Shown: piece after piece, positions 38,565-48,807 of the stretch
Position numbering within the stretch: the stretch's first letter is position 1
Layout: every line of letters begins with the position of its first letter
Program-made: the position numbers and the translations under genes
The notes under the pieces: generated by a model
Database searches by the model: none
What the model saw: only the letters and a program-made list of their open reading frames with translations
Told to the model about the DNA's origin: nothing
Sequence record: CP113993.1
DNA: 64,000 nt
Direction: 5' to 3' (one strand)
Origin: a plasmid

Positions 38565-39019
38565 TTTTTCCGGTTCTCCGGCTGCATGAAGCTGACCTGT
38601 AACAAGCCCGGATATTGATGGATTGTTGCTCTCCAGGCTGTCTGGGCTTCAATAAGTCTCAACGTATTGGAAAACGTCATATCCCGGACGTGAAGGTTGA
38701 CTGGTAACGGCAGGCGGACACCATTGTAGTTAAACTGCATCCCCCTGACTCTGGCCAGTTCGTTCAGTAATTCAATTGCATCACCTTCCCAGTCAAAGGA
38801 AAGGCGATCGCTGTTAGCTGTCAGAAGATGAGACCCCGTTGAAACCGGAAGTTGGCCGGAAAACACACCTTTGTCCCATAATGTGTACTGAGTGTGCCGG
38901 GTAACCGCCACATCAGAGGCAGCACCGTAGTTACGCGGAACAGGAGTATGCTGAGAAGGGGAGTTGCAGCCAGCCAGAAAAAGGGCGGCAAGACACCCCG
39001 CAGGTATAATACGGTTCAT
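38561..39019 (-). CDS. traH: lipoprotein TraH (DotD-like), 152 aa
   Basis: Lipobox FLAGCNS. Confidence 0.6.
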   Translation of the reverse strand: MNRIIPAGCLAALFLAGCNSPSQHTPVPRNYGAASDVAVTRHTQYTLWDKGVFSGQLPVSTGSHLLTANSDRLSFDWEGDAIELLNELARVRGMQFNYNGVRLPLPVNLHVRDMTFSNTLRLIEAQTAWRATIHQYPGLLQVSFMQPENRKK

Positions 39020-39227
39020 AATAATTCCTGAGCAGTTAAATCAGAATGGGATATACCGGTGCTCCGGTACAGACAGGATGATGTTTGTTTCCGGCTATAC
39101 TTGCGTTACCGGAAATAAATGCCAGTGTGGCCAGGTAAATAGCCTCATAGTTTACTGAAGGTGATTATTCCTGATACTGGCTGGTTGATGTGTCGTCAGA
39201 CATAAAACGAATATGAGCGTAATCTTT

Positions 39228-39370
39228 AACGCTCCGCGCCGAATCGATCCATGATGGATGACTCGACGATTTATGAATCGAACGTACCGGCGCTTGTCCC
39301 TGAAACAGTTCCCGGCCCTCGTCCGGATAACCTGCAATTCAGACAGGCACATGTGCCCGTACACTCTTGT
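39228..39370 (-). repeat. ~145-bp leader repeat, copy 1 (upstream of traH)
   Basis: Shares the core AACGCTCCGCGCCGAATCGATCCATGATGG and CTG.AGTTCTGACAGGCA with 56676..56815 and 57738..57885. In minus-strand sense it carries the 8-codon uORF MDRFGAER. Confidence 0.55.
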
Positions 39371-39413
39371 ATCTTACTGAGTATATCAGAATTTATGTAA
39401 ATTCAAATATCCT

Positions 39414-39998
39414 CTATGCCTCTTTGTTGTATTTTCCGTCAAGTATGAGCCGGGTACCATCGTAATGCATGATCAGGGCATCAAGGTACGCCGGTTTGAA
39501 TTTCTTGCCGAGCCTATCTCTGGCCAGAAATGATAAACAATGATTATGTGTCATTATTACTATGTTCCTTTTATGAGATTCTCTTGCGATTGATTCAAGC
39601 GTCTTATAAAGATCATTATTGCAGTCTGATAAACTGTCCATAACGACGGGTTCTTTACCGGAGAAGAATTTTGCAGTTTGTATGGTTCTTACCGCATTGC
39701 TGGAGTAAATATCATATTCACTGAAGATTGTTGCGAACTTAATACCTTCCTGCTGTGCTTTCTCTGTACCGGTAATAGTGATTCCGCTTTTATCCGAATA
39801 GCATGGCATATCTGAACGGTCGCAACGTTCTCCATGGCGGAAAAGGAAAATAACGGTGTTATCAGCATTAATTTCTTTTGCCTGTTCCAGGGTGATATCG
39901 GGAAGCGAGCTTTTTGCTTTTGTCACTGCCGCTACCAGGAAAACAGAAAATAAAAGAATGAATGCTGTTTTTGAATAAGAAGAACGTGGTTTCATCAT
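39414..39998 (-). CDS. traG: secreted histidine-phosphatase superfamily protein (RHG motif), 194 aa, at the traG position
   Basis: Signal peptide. FRHGER motif of the phosphoglycerate-mutase/acid-phosphatase branch. AT-rich relative to its neighbours. Confidence 0.55.
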   Translation of the reverse strand: MMKPRSSYSKTAFILLFSVFLVAAVTKAKSSLPDITLEQAKEINADNTVIFLFRHGERCDRSDMPCYSDKSGITITGTEKAQQEGIKFATIFSEYDIYSSNAVRTIQTAKFFSGKEPVVMDSLSDCNNDLYKTLESIARESHKRNIVIMTHNHCLSFLARDRLGKKFKPAYLDALIMHYDGTRLILDGKYNKEA

Positions 39999-40057
39999 GT
40001 TATTTAAACTGAATATAAAAATACCCCCGGGTTTAGTGCCGGGGGCGGGGACAGTAA

Positions 40058-41260
40058 TCAGAAAGTGAACTGAAGTTGTGCCATTGCACCGTAATCGTGG
40101 TCAGTTCCTACCAGGCCGGAAACATCGATATGTACGACGTCAAATGGAGAGATACCAACGCCAGCGGTGAAGGCGCTTCCGGAGTTTGATGCCATGTTCT
40201 GACGATAACCGGCACGCAATTGCGCCCATTTCCATGCGTTAAATTCAGCACCAACACTTGCAAACTGACGTTTGCTGTCAGAAGTGAAGCCACTGGCAGG
40301 AGTCAGATCAACGTCAAGAGCAGTGGTAAACAGGTCATTATGCCAGGATACACCGGCGGTTGCCTGTGGACGAACTTTGAAGGTTTCTTTAAAGCCATTG
40401 ACGACTTTAGTATCAATACTGCGTGGAATGATGTTCTGGGCAACAAGACCGACAGTCCAGTTGTCATTCAGGTCTGTATAAGCACCAATATCGGCGTTGA
40501 ATCCGTTTTTCGTGTTGTGGTACTTGTCACCGTCAAAATCGTCTTTGTCGTAATCACGAACCGTTACGTTGTAGTTAAACAGGTCCACACGCTGATATTT
40601 TGGTGTGACGCCAAGAGACCATTTTTGTCCGGCCGTTTCCAGTTCTTTGGCAAATGAAATTCCGACGTCGGTAATTACAGCTGCACGCCCGAATGCGCGT
40701 GAGGTCAGGGCATTCTTATCGACGTCGGTAATTGTTCCATTGGCAACTTTGTCCAGATAATCCAGGTCTGCATCGTTTACTTTTCCGTTTACGCTGACTG
40801 TTCCGTAAGACTTGACCATAAGGGCAAACGGCAGAGTGTCATTTGCCATGGCTGCTACAGCTGATGCACCTACCTGAGCATCTGCATTGATATTGCGGAA
40901 TTCCTGCAGACGATGTTTAAGATTTGCCGCTGCCTGTTGTACGCCATGCTGGTTATCTACAGCACTGTCAAACAAATCCCAGTCATCTTTAACATCATCA
41001 GCTTTATTTGATACATCATCAGGATCAGCAACTTGTGCCCCAACAGACGGCAGAAGAAGGCTGAAATCATCATTGCTGTTGTGCTTTGTCAGTAAAGCCG
41101 GGTTTGCCAGAGGTGCCACACCATAATGGGAAGATGCTACCCCGGTGCCACCCATTGCATCGTTACGCGCTTCAAAATATGACGTCGCTGCTGCAGCGTT
41201 AAAGGAAAATAATACAGCAGATGCAATGATGGTGCGGGTAATATGATTTTTCTTCATCAT
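40058..41260 (-). CDS. traF: outer-membrane beta-barrel protein (FadL/OmpP1-like fold, C-terminal Phe), 400 aa, at the traF position
   Basis: Signal peptide. Alternating beta-strand pattern. The terminal ...AQLQFTF is an OMP signature. Confidence 0.55.
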   Translation of the reverse strand: MMKKNHITRTIIASAVLFSFNAAAATSYFEARNDAMGGTGVASSHYGVAPLANPALLTKHNSNDDFSLLLPSVGAQVADPDDVSNKADDVKDDWDLFDSAVDNQHGVQQAAANLKHRLQEFRNINADAQVGASAVAAMANDTLPFALMVKSYGTVSVNGKVNDADLDYLDKVANGTITDVDKNALTSRAFGRAAVITDVGISFAKELETAGQKWSLGVTPKYQRVDLFNYNVTVRDYDKDDFDGDKYHNTKNGFNADIGAYTDLNDNWTVGLVAQNIIPRSIDTKVVNGFKETFKVRPQATAGVSWHNDLFTTALDVDLTPASGFTSDSKRQFASVGAEFNAWKWAQLRAGYRQNMASNSGSAFTAGVGISPFDVVHIDVSGLVGTDHDYGAMAQLQFTF

Positions 41261-41345
41261 TTAATTTCCTGTTTATCAGAATTTAGACAAAACAACGCTA
41301 TGACACGGATGTGCCGTAAATTTTTACTTTGGTACTATCTGGTAT

Positions 41346-42170
41346 TTACCAGGGTAATAAAGACGTATTAAATAAGCTAACAGGTAGTATTTGCCCTGTA
41401 ATAAGGTTTCCGGCAAGGCCAGGTCTCAACGTAACGCGTCGCAAAGACATTGTTGTATTCTGCCTGGTTGTATATTCAGTTAACCATTTTCTTTTTTCAT
41501 CGTTCAGAAGTGTTGGTGATAATGATAGTGCCGGATATATTACAGAGCCATTTATTTCTTTTTCCTGTCTCAATATTACCCCGCAATATTCTCTTTTCGT
41601 GTTTCCTGCGAAGGGGAAACTATGCCAGAAAATAACTTCAGTGTTGCTGCTATCATTAATAAGCATTCTGAAATTATGAGCAGTATCTGGCCATTCACCG
41701 GACAACGCTATCGGATAGTTTTCATGGCCATTCAGCCAGTCCGGATTGAGATTAAAACATTCAGCAAGATGTTCGAGAGCGTCAACTGAAAGATAGTCTG
41801 CAAGTCTGGCCGGGTCCTGTATTACCGTGGAGCGGATATTCCATGGCGACAGCAATGTTGCCAGTAATGGCGCATTTATATCATGCGACAGCATGATGTA
41901 TTCAATTCTGCTTATTATGTTTCCTGTGGTGTTATCCGCAGGCATAAACATATTATGAAGAGCATCCTCAAGCAGGATTCGGGTTAAATCAGCGGTGGAT
42001 ATGGCTAATTGTTCGCTCATTATCCCCAGAACTTCTCTTACCCCTTGTGGGTAACGGACCTGCAGTGGTGTCGGGTTTATCTGACGACCGTTGATGAGTT
42101 TTTCGCCGATTGCTTTTTTGTCCAGCGAGAGCATCATTCGGGCCGCAATACCGGTCGTATTCAGTCTCAT
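41346..42170 (-). CDS. traE: transfer-region protein TraE, 274 aa
   Basis: ORF at the position following the pil operon. Confidence 0.45.
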   Translation of the reverse strand: MRLNTTGIAARMMLSLDKKAIGEKLINGRQINPTPLQVRYPQGVREVLGIMSEQLAISTADLTRILLEDALHNMFMPADNTTGNIISRIEYIMLSHDINAPLLATLLSPWNIRSTVIQDPARLADYLSVDALEHLAECFNLNPDWLNGHENYPIALSGEWPDTAHNFRMLINDSSNTEVIFWHSFPFAGNTKREYCGVILRQEKEINGSVIYPALSLSPTLLNDEKRKWLTEYTTRQNTTMSLRRVTLRPGLAGNLITGQILPVSLFNTSLLPW

Positions 42171-42370
42171 TGTTCCTCCGACTGAAAAAGTCTTTTCAGC
42201 TCATGTGGTTATTGTATCTTCGGTGTTTTTTCTGGTGAAACGAATAATTTCGATCATGCAGATCGAATGTGTTTGGCGAGTTGTTGCAACTCGCCTTTCT
42301 GTATGTGTTTTGAATGATGCTTACAACGAGGTGCTGCCCGGGTTCAGAGGGCAAATCATAATGTAGTCAG

Positions 42371-42503
42371 GGGCGTCGACCGCGATATCAATGCGGCACT
42401 CAACATCCGGCAAAAAGGAATACTGGAACTAAAGGCGGCGGGACTCGTCGTCTCTGCCTATGGAGGCCAGCGTAAATCCGTCGCACAGACGGTTGCGGCC
42501 TGA
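42371..42503 (+). pseudogene. tnpB: 3' remnant of an IS200/IS605-family tnpB (last ~43 codons only)
   Basis: Frame encodes GVDRDINAALNIRQKGILELKAAGLVVSAYGGQRKSVAQTVAA*, the characteristic TnpB C-terminus. There is no upstream body. Confidence 0.5.
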
Positions 42504-42558
42504 GAAGTGGGAAGCTCGCCCGACAGGGCGGAGAGCAGTCACTATTTGGATATCAAAC

Positions 42559-43863
42559 TTAATTGAGCGTTACACACGACGCAATACAACCTGTCTTATG
42601 CTCGTATTTGTACCATTTACGTGAACCTGCTGGGCTCTCAACTACCTGGCAGTAGTGGGCATCCTCTGCGTTGCCCATTCTGGCAATGGCACAGAAGTCG
42701 AATTGCCCCAGATAACCTGTGTTGGAAAGCTGAGTAACTTTGAGTTTTCCACCTATTGTCCTCCACGTACCGGATTGGCACGAAAGTATTGCCCCTGTAT
42801 TATCGCGGCCTACAAGGCCGTTAGGCGAACATGATGCGCCAGCAACGGCAGTTCTTTCCAGTTGTAAGTATTCACCAGTATAAAGGCGACCATCAGCACG
42901 AACAGTACCGCCTTTCACCTGACCGCCGGTATAGATGCCCTTGTTGTTTACACTTCGAACCCATGATCCGTCGGACATATAAAATCCGCCACCGTGAGTT
43001 TCATTGAGCCAGCCTTTGCTGTTACGAGTAATTAACCAACCATTATTACTTCTGATATCACCGCCAGCGGTGACATTTACGTCAAAGTTTCCGCTATTGC
43101 CTTTTACCTGACCGCTGAAAGTGCCATTTACACCATTCACATTGCCGCTGAAATTACCAGTCTGGGCATTTACTGCCCCAACGTTATTCAGGTTATTTGA
43201 TCCCATATCAATGGCCGTGTGCATTTTGTTTAAGTCAGGGCGACCATTGACCTGGAATCTGTAAAGACGATCAGTGTCCTCTGCTGCACCACTAAGTTCA
43301 TCTGTCGATAACAGTACGGCAATATGCCCGTTGCCGCTTTTGGCACCATAATTACTTAAAGCTACTGACCAGGAACGTAATGCACCTGTGGCTGTTTTGC
43401 CGTCCTGGATATATCCACCAAGACCAGTGGTAATATCCTTAGCCATCTGGATAAGTGCTTTCACTGGATAAGGGGTGCCACCACTGGATACAACCATTGC
43501 CTGTAGTAATTCCGGGTTTTGGGTGTTTCGAACTACATATGCCTGTAACCGCTGCCCCTCGCTGTTTGTCTCAGTAAAGCCGCTGGACAAAAAGCCGGTA
43601 TTTTTCAGCATGGTTGTCGTGATAACGGCAGGGGTTGTTGTGGTACTACTGGCCTGGAGAGTTGTGTAGTTTTTCCCTATATAAGAGCGGGCTGCACTGG
43701 CCCAGTTGCTGACAAGACGAGCTTCAGCCTGCCAACCTTTGGTTTTTAAATAGTCCTGCCATATGCCTGCACCCCAGGCAACTATGATCATAACAATCAA
43801 TAAAGCCGCGCCAATTTCCAGCGATGCCCAGCCTCGGTCATATTTTTTCATCAGATTACCCAT
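42559..43863 (-). CDS. pilV: thin-pilus tip adhesin / minor pilin PilV, 434 aa, with a fixed C-terminal segment
   Basis: Prepilin-like N-terminus [23 protein letters not shown]. Contains the shufflon 19-bp repeat near the 3' end. Confidence 0.8.
   Translation of the reverse strand: MGNLMKKYDRGWASLEIGAALLIVMIIVAWGAGIWQDYLKTKGWQAEARLVSNWASAARSYIGKNYTTLQASSTTTTPAVITTTMLKNTGFLSSGFTETNSEGQRLQAYVVRNTQNPELLQAMVVSSGGTPYPVKALIQMAKDITTGLGGYIQDGKTATGALRSWSVALSNYGAKSGNGHIAVLLSTDELSGAAEDTDRLYRFQVNGRPDLNKMHTAIDMGSNNLNNVGAVNAQTGNFSGNVNGVNGTFSGQVKGNSGNFDVNVTAGGDIRSNNGWLITRNSKGWLNETHGGGFYMSDGSWVRSVNNKGIYTGGQVKGGTVRADGRLYTGEYLQLERTAVAGASCSPNGLVGRDNTGAILSCQSGTWRTIGGKLKVTQLSNTGYLGQFDFCAIARMGNAEDAHYCQVVESPAGSRKWYKYEHKTGCIASCVTLN
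42763..42781 (-). repeat. single shufflon 19-bp repeat GTGCCAATCCGGTACGTGG (Rci recombination site) inside pilV
   Basis: Exact match to the IncI1 shufflon repeat consensus as I remember it. It encodes CQSGTW at the junction between the constant and variable parts of PilV. No second copy or rci gene is present in the window. Confidence 0.6.
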
Positions 43864-44534
43864 AGTGGTTGATAAAGATTATCCAGTAGCAAAAGGACAT
43901 GGCCAAGACACAGCCATGGACCCAGTGGGCCTTCTTTATGTCCTTTTATGCACCATGTTGAATGCCATAAGACAAATCCTCCTGCGCCCAGCAACACACT
44001 CCATATGGCGTTATATAGCCCTGACCATGCGGTAATACCTGCAATAAGCCACAGGTCTCCTGTGCCAATATTAAGACGATGGCGGTTAACCAGTTTATGC
44101 AGACAGAATAAGACAATTGCGGCAGAGACAATTTCTGTTGCACGGAGCCACCATATATCAGTTGTGATTTGTGATAATATTCCAGCGATTAAAAAACGCC
44201 TGGTGAATGTACCAGGTAAGAGGCCTGTTAGTGCATCCGTTACTGCCATTTGCAGCATGAACGAAAGAATAAGAACAGCATGAATACGGTAGAGAAGTTG
44301 GGATGGCGATAAAATAATTAATGCCACAGCTATACTATATAGCCATATTCCTGACAGAACTGCAGTGTGTGTCTTATACCAGAGATGTTCTGTATCAGAT
44401 AAAAAATAACGAACTCTGAATAACAGAGTTCGTCCAATAATGGAAAATATGAACATCAATGGGAGGATATAAACAGGGGAGAGACTTATGCCTACGATTG
44501 TCTGCATTGTCTGCCTCCCTGCCCGGGAAGGCAT
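43851..44534 (-). CDS. pilU: prepilin peptidase PilU (A24 family), 227 aa
   Basis: Polytopic membrane protein with conserved Asp-containing loops. Position. Confidence 0.75.
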   Translation of the reverse strand: MPSRAGRQTMQTIVGISLSPVYILPLMFIFSIIGRTLLFRVRYFLSDTEHLWYKTHTAVLSGIWLYSIAVALIILSPSQLLYRIHAVLILSFMLQMAVTDALTGLLPGTFTRRFLIAGILSQITTDIWWLRATEIVSAAIVLFCLHKLVNRHRLNIGTGDLWLIAGITAWSGLYNAIWSVLLGAGGFVLWHSTWCIKGHKEGPLGPWLCLGHVLLLLDNLYQPLWVI

Positions 44535-45052
44535 ATCCCTTTCATGTCACGATAAATTCTCCATACTTTATTAGCATATTGCTCTCTTGTTTCATGTCTG
44601 TCCTTACGGAAGCCGGCATTGTATGATCCAAGGCAATTCCAGCTGACGCCACATATCTGAAAATGTCTTGCCAGTATCCAGCTTCCTATATGGATATTAA
44701 GACATGGTTTGGTAATTAAATCCTCAGACTTTTTGATTACGCCCATCTTTATAAGCTTTGGAATATGGGTTGAGTTTATTTGCATCAACCCATAATCCGT
44801 ACTACTGGCTTTGCCTGTTTTTCTGTCCTTATTTATGTTAATTGCGCCCGGCTTCAATGAAGATTCCCCGGCAGAAATGGCCTTCAACAATAATGGTTCA
44901 ATTTGATAGCGTGCGCCGGCGGCGGCAAAGCAATTGTCCCACTTGTTAGTCCAGATTTGTTTGGGGGCGATGTATGAAGCTCGGGCGGGATAAATAAGAG
45001 AACAAAGCAGGATTAATGAAATAAGTCTGAGGGGCACTTTACCCCCGGACAT
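44492..45052 (-). CDS. pilT: lytic transglycosylase PilT (SLT domain), 186 aa
   Basis: Signal peptide. SLT motifs ...ESS... and YGLMQIN. Confidence 0.75.
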   Translation of the reverse strand: MSGGKVPLRLISLILLCSLIYPARASYIAPKQIWTNKWDNCFAAAGARYQIEPLLLKAISAGESSLKPGAININKDRKTGKASSTDYGLMQINSTHIPKLIKMGVIKKSEDLITKPCLNIHIGSWILARHFQICGVSWNCLGSYNAGFRKDRHETREQYANKVWRIYRDMKGICLPGQGGRQCRQS

Positions 45053-45061
45053 TAAAACTCC

Positions 45062-45676
45062 TTAGCCATTGATGGTGAAGATTAGTTTGTTTGTACCGGT
45101 GCTGCCATTATCAGCTGTGCATTGCGCACTGGCTTCTTCAGTAGTGACTTTTCCATCATTGTGAGTCGTACTGTTCAGGGTAATACCGTTAGTTAAACCA
45201 GTACGACTGATTTGTGTGGCAATCTGGATACAGGCATCCTGTGGGACTTTTTCATAGGTGACGGTAAAACCATTGTTGAAACCTGATGTTGAAGCCGGAG
45301 CAACAGTTACGGCACCGCCCCATGAGTTATAGAGCGTTGCTGTACCTGATGATGGAGTACCACGCACTGTCATAGTCTTGGGTACGCCACCCATCTGAAT
45401 GAGAGCACCCGTCATTTTGGCTCCACTGGTAAACGTATATCCATCGCTACCTTTTAGCAGCCCCTGAGTACTTGTGATGATTGTCTGTATGTTCGAACTT
45501 TCATTTGCCACACCGGTTCGTGAACGCAACATATACAATCCACCAAAAACAAGGGCAAGTACGATAATTACAACAAGTGCTATTGCACCCTGTTCCATAA
45601 TACCCCAGCCTTTGTCATGAGACGTTTCTTTCTCATTTTTCTTCAGAGCGTTAACATCAATATTTTGGATTAACAT
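45062..45676 (-). CDS. pilS: type IVb major prepilin PilS, 204 aa
   Basis: Long leader followed by a hydrophobic helix IALVVIIVLALVFGGLY. Confidence 0.75.
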   Translation of the reverse strand: MLIQNIDVNALKKNEKETSHDKGWGIMEQGAIALVVIIVLALVFGGLYMLRSRTGVANESSNIQTIITSTQGLLKGSDGYTFTSGAKMTGALIQMGGVPKTMTVRGTPSSGTATLYNSWGGAVTVAPASTSGFNNGFTVTYEKVPQDACIQIATQISRTGLTNGITLNSTTHNDGKVTTEEASAQCTADNGSTGTNKLIFTING

Positions 45677-45692
45677 AAATACCTCGTTTTAT

Positions 45693-46778
45693 TTAAAGAT
45701 TACCCATACTGTTGTCGCCAATAGACTGAATGTCTACAACGGCCATGACCAGTAACAGGAGTGACATGACAAGAAATATCAGCATAATTAAACGCACAAC
45801 AGCTGCTCGTTTTTTTACTCGCTCCAGCGTTTGTACAAGCCACCGTTGGCCATAATTGCCGATTAGCTCCGTTGCGCCATCTCCCTGTAATAAAGACAGG
45901 AAGTTGGCTGCTTCCCTGGATGGGAACTGATAACCGCACTGACGCAAAGCCAGCCCAAGGTGATCCCCCTGGCGTACGCGGTAAATAATGCTGTCAAGGC
46001 GTGTGCTTAACCATGGTGATGCAAAGTCCTGAAGAACGTTCAGTGAGTTGAGCGTTGTCATTTTGGCTTTCAGAAGTGCAGCCATATTCAGGAGGAATGC
46101 TGCCCCCTGTATATCCTTATAAATACTCCATGGCATTATATTGTCAGCCAAAGAGCGGCTTTTCCAGTTTTTCAGAGACCATGATATTACACCTGTGACC
46201 ACTGCAAAAAGAACGGCACATATAGCGCCGTAATTATCGACAAACAAAGATAATCCATAGAGAAAACCAAGAGCACCACTCCATGAATCAGGGGAGCTTA
46301 TTTTGCTCAGTACAGGTATTAGCTCTGTATTAAGAACATATAATGTCCCCGTCATCATGATTAACAACCCCACCGGGTAAATAGCCATTTGCCATATGGC
46401 CTGATGGAGTTGCTTTTTGGCATCTGTAAGTGTGGTGGCAAATTGTAATGCATCCACAATGGAACCACTTCTTATTCCGGCACTGATTACTGCAGCCTCT
46501 TCCTGGGGAACCCATAAACCAAGAGTATATTCCAGAGAGTTTTCGCCACTGTTTTCACGAAGAGACTCAATACAGTCTGTGGCCAGTTCAGCAAAGGGAT
46601 GCCATTTTCGTCCAAAGTCTGTCCAGGCATCCCGCATCTGTTCCAGTGCGGTCTTTAATGGCTGTTTATTTTCCAGCAGAAAACGCAGAGCTTCGTAAAA
46701 CTGCACCCTGTAGGGGGCGCTGAACGTTTTTCTGACAATGAAACGTCTCAGCCGTTGACTGAAATTCATTTCACGCAT
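45693..46778 (-). CDS. pilR: pilus assembly inner-membrane platform protein PilR (GspF/PilC-like), 361 aa
   Basis: GspF-type topology and size. Confidence 0.8.
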   Translation of the reverse strand: MREMNFSQRLRRFIVRKTFSAPYRVQFYEALRFLLENKQPLKTALEQMRDAWTDFGRKWHPFAELATDCIESLRENSGENSLEYTLGLWVPQEEAAVISAGIRSGSIVDALQFATTLTDAKKQLHQAIWQMAIYPVGLLIMMTGTLYVLNTELIPVLSKISSPDSWSGALGFLYGLSLFVDNYGAICAVLFAVVTGVISWSLKNWKSRSLADNIMPWSIYKDIQGAAFLLNMAALLKAKMTTLNSLNVLQDFASPWLSTRLDSIIYRVRQGDHLGLALRQCGYQFPSREAANFLSLLQGDGATELIGNYGQRWLVQTLERVKKRAAVVRLIMLIFLVMSLLLLVMAVVDIQSIGDNSMGNL

Positions 46779-46790
46779 GTTGTTCTCCTG

Positions 46791-48344
46791 TTAGGCATCA
46801 TCGATGCTGAGGCGTTCGTCTTCGTCCAGAGGGATGATTCTGTCGGCTTCAAGAGGGTCCACCAGGCCTTCATTGATACGGCGAAGCAGATGCTCCACAC
46901 GACTGATGCCATGCATGTTTTCAAGCCAGTATTTACGTGCTGCAACTTTGCCGCGTGTTTTCAGAATCTGAAATAAGCGATTATCAGGTTCTATCACTTC
47001 AGCAATTACGGTCCTGCCGGTGAGGCCTTTACCTATTTCACCGCGCTTTCTGCCGTTAATAATTACGTCGTGATTACAGTCGGAGCATCCGTGAGGATTT
47101 CGGAACCAGATATTATCTGTACTGCAGAGTGAATCTTTATTGCAGTGCCGCTCAAGGTAAGCGCGGTCGTCTTCGCTAAGTTCAGGTACTCGCTTTTCCC
47201 ATGGAATACGGCAGGAGGGACACAGAGTTGGTACAAGACGCTGGCTGATCATCCCAATCAGTAATTGCGCATCGCAAATAAGATCGGCATTCATACCCAT
47301 CGTAATCATCCGCTCCGGTATACCCAGAGCTGAGTTTGTATGTAATGTCGTCAGAACGATGTGACCGGTCTGAGCCGCGTAGGTTGTTGACATCATCGAG
47401 ACAAGATCACGCATTTCCCCTTCCATGATGGCATCGGGGTCAAGTCGCATTGCCGATGAAATAGCACGACTCCATGCCAGTTTGACGGCCTCTTCGTCGG
47501 ATTTGTCACAGATAATCGGGGTTTGTGTTGCCCCCAGAATCTGTCCTTCCAGCGGATCTTCGATCGTCAGCAGGTGTCGCCCCTGATTATCGTCAAGATA
47601 TACACGGCAGGCACTGCGTAACGTTGTTGATTTACCTGAACCTGTTGGACCAGACAGAACTATTTTCCCTTCCGGGCGGCGCAGCATGACGTTCAGCAAC
47701 CGGATTTGCTCCGGTATAAAGCCCAGTTGCTTAAACGTGGGAACTTTGTCTCCGTCATCGGGTATCAGGCGCATAACTGCAATCAGACCATCTCCCGTAG
47801 GTCTGTGACTGTATCGTGCACCAAATATTCCTATTTTTCGCATTAATTGTGGGGACAGGCGCGCATCCTGTTCCCTTTGAGGGAAGAAACTGGTTTCAGT
47901 CACATCAGCCATTGACAGAATGGCTGTTGCGCAAAGTGAATAACCCAACGCAGGTTGATCTTCATCTACAGTTTGCAGTTCACCGAATATTCTCATGCGA
48001 ACTTTGAAAATAGACTCTGAAATTAAAAAATGAATATCTGAAGCACCAAGTTTTCTGGCCGTTTCAAAATAGGAGAGAACTTTCTTCTCACTTTCACTGA
48101 CATCTGCAAGATCTTTCAGATGAATAATCCGTTCTTTCGGACCTTTATTTTCATCATCCTGACCGGCTTCCTGTAACTCAGACAGCGAGACTACTTTTGG
48201 GATGATGTCAGGGTATAAGTTTAGCAGTTCCTGGAGATTACTCTGTACGTCAGGTCTTGTTCGCTGATTTGTTTCGATGAGAATTTCATGGGTGTCTCCC
48301 CGGGATATAAAAAGGAGAGCATCCTTCAAATTATATTTGTCCAT
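46791..48344 (-). CDS. pilQ: pilus assembly ATPase PilQ (GspE/PilB-like), 517 aa
   Basis: Walker A GPTGSGKSTTL. Tetracysteine motif near the C-terminus. Confidence 0.85.
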   Translation of the reverse strand: MDKYNLKDALLFISRGDTHEILIETNQRTRPDVQSNLQELLNLYPDIIPKVVSLSELQEAGQDDENKGPKERIIHLKDLADVSESEKKVLSYFETARKLGASDIHFLISESIFKVRMRIFGELQTVDEDQPALGYSLCATAILSMADVTETSFFPQREQDARLSPQLMRKIGIFGARYSHRPTGDGLIAVMRLIPDDGDKVPTFKQLGFIPEQIRLLNVMLRRPEGKIVLSGPTGSGKSTTLRSACRVYLDDNQGRHLLTIEDPLEGQILGATQTPIICDKSDEEAVKLAWSRAISSAMRLDPDAIMEGEMRDLVSMMSTTYAAQTGHIVLTTLHTNSALGIPERMITMGMNADLICDAQLLIGMISQRLVPTLCPSCRIPWEKRVPELSEDDRAYLERHCNKDSLCSTDNIWFRNPHGCSDCNHDVIINGRKRGEIGKGLTGRTVIAEVIEPDNRLFQILKTRGKVAARKYWLENMHGISRVEHLLRRINEGLVDPLEADRIIPLDEDERLSIDDA

Positions 48345-48354
48345 ATCACATCAC

Positions 48355-48807
48355 TCAGAAAGTAAGGGTGGTGCCATCACTTAACGTGACGCCAGACAAT
48401 GAGATCGACTTCACCGTGACGGATGTACCCGGAAGCTGGCTACCAGTGGTGACGCTTGTCTGACGTCCATCAGCCATGCGAAGAACGGCATGAAGACGTT
48501 TATCTTTGCCGTTTATTTCCATAATAACGGGCAATTCCTTTCTGTTTTTAGATGTCGGCTGCTCTGAAACTGATGGCAAAGAGGCAGTCATACCAGAGAA
48601 ACCTGAAACAGTTTCAGATGACAGATTAACATCTGATTCTTCGAGTTGTTTCTGTAGCTGTGCGCCCTGAACTTTTGCCTGTAAAAGAATATTCCGGTTT
48701 TGTTGTGCTTCAAGTTCTCCTATTGTGACAAGAGGTTGTGTTGTTGCAAATGAAAAACCAGAGAAGAAAAATATGGATGGAATAATGAGTAATTTACCTG
48801 GACGCAT
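48355..48807 (-). CDS. pilP: pilus assembly protein PilP, 150 aa
   Basis: Signal peptide. Coupled to pilO and pilQ. Confidence 0.6.
   Translation of the reverse strand: MRPGKLLIIPSIFFFSGFSFATTQPLVTIGELEAQQNRNILLQAKVQGAQLQKQLEESDVNLSSETVSGFSGMTASLPSVSEQPTSKNRKELPVIMEINGKDKRLHAVLRMADGRQTSVTTGSQLPGTSVTVKSISLSGVTLSDGTTLTF

Noticed and set aside
42091-42366. ORF 42091..42366 (+, 91 aa) in the pilV-traE spacer
   Set aside because: It overlaps the traE 5' end and lacks an RBS. The only interpretable coding signal in the spacer is the tnpB tail downstream.
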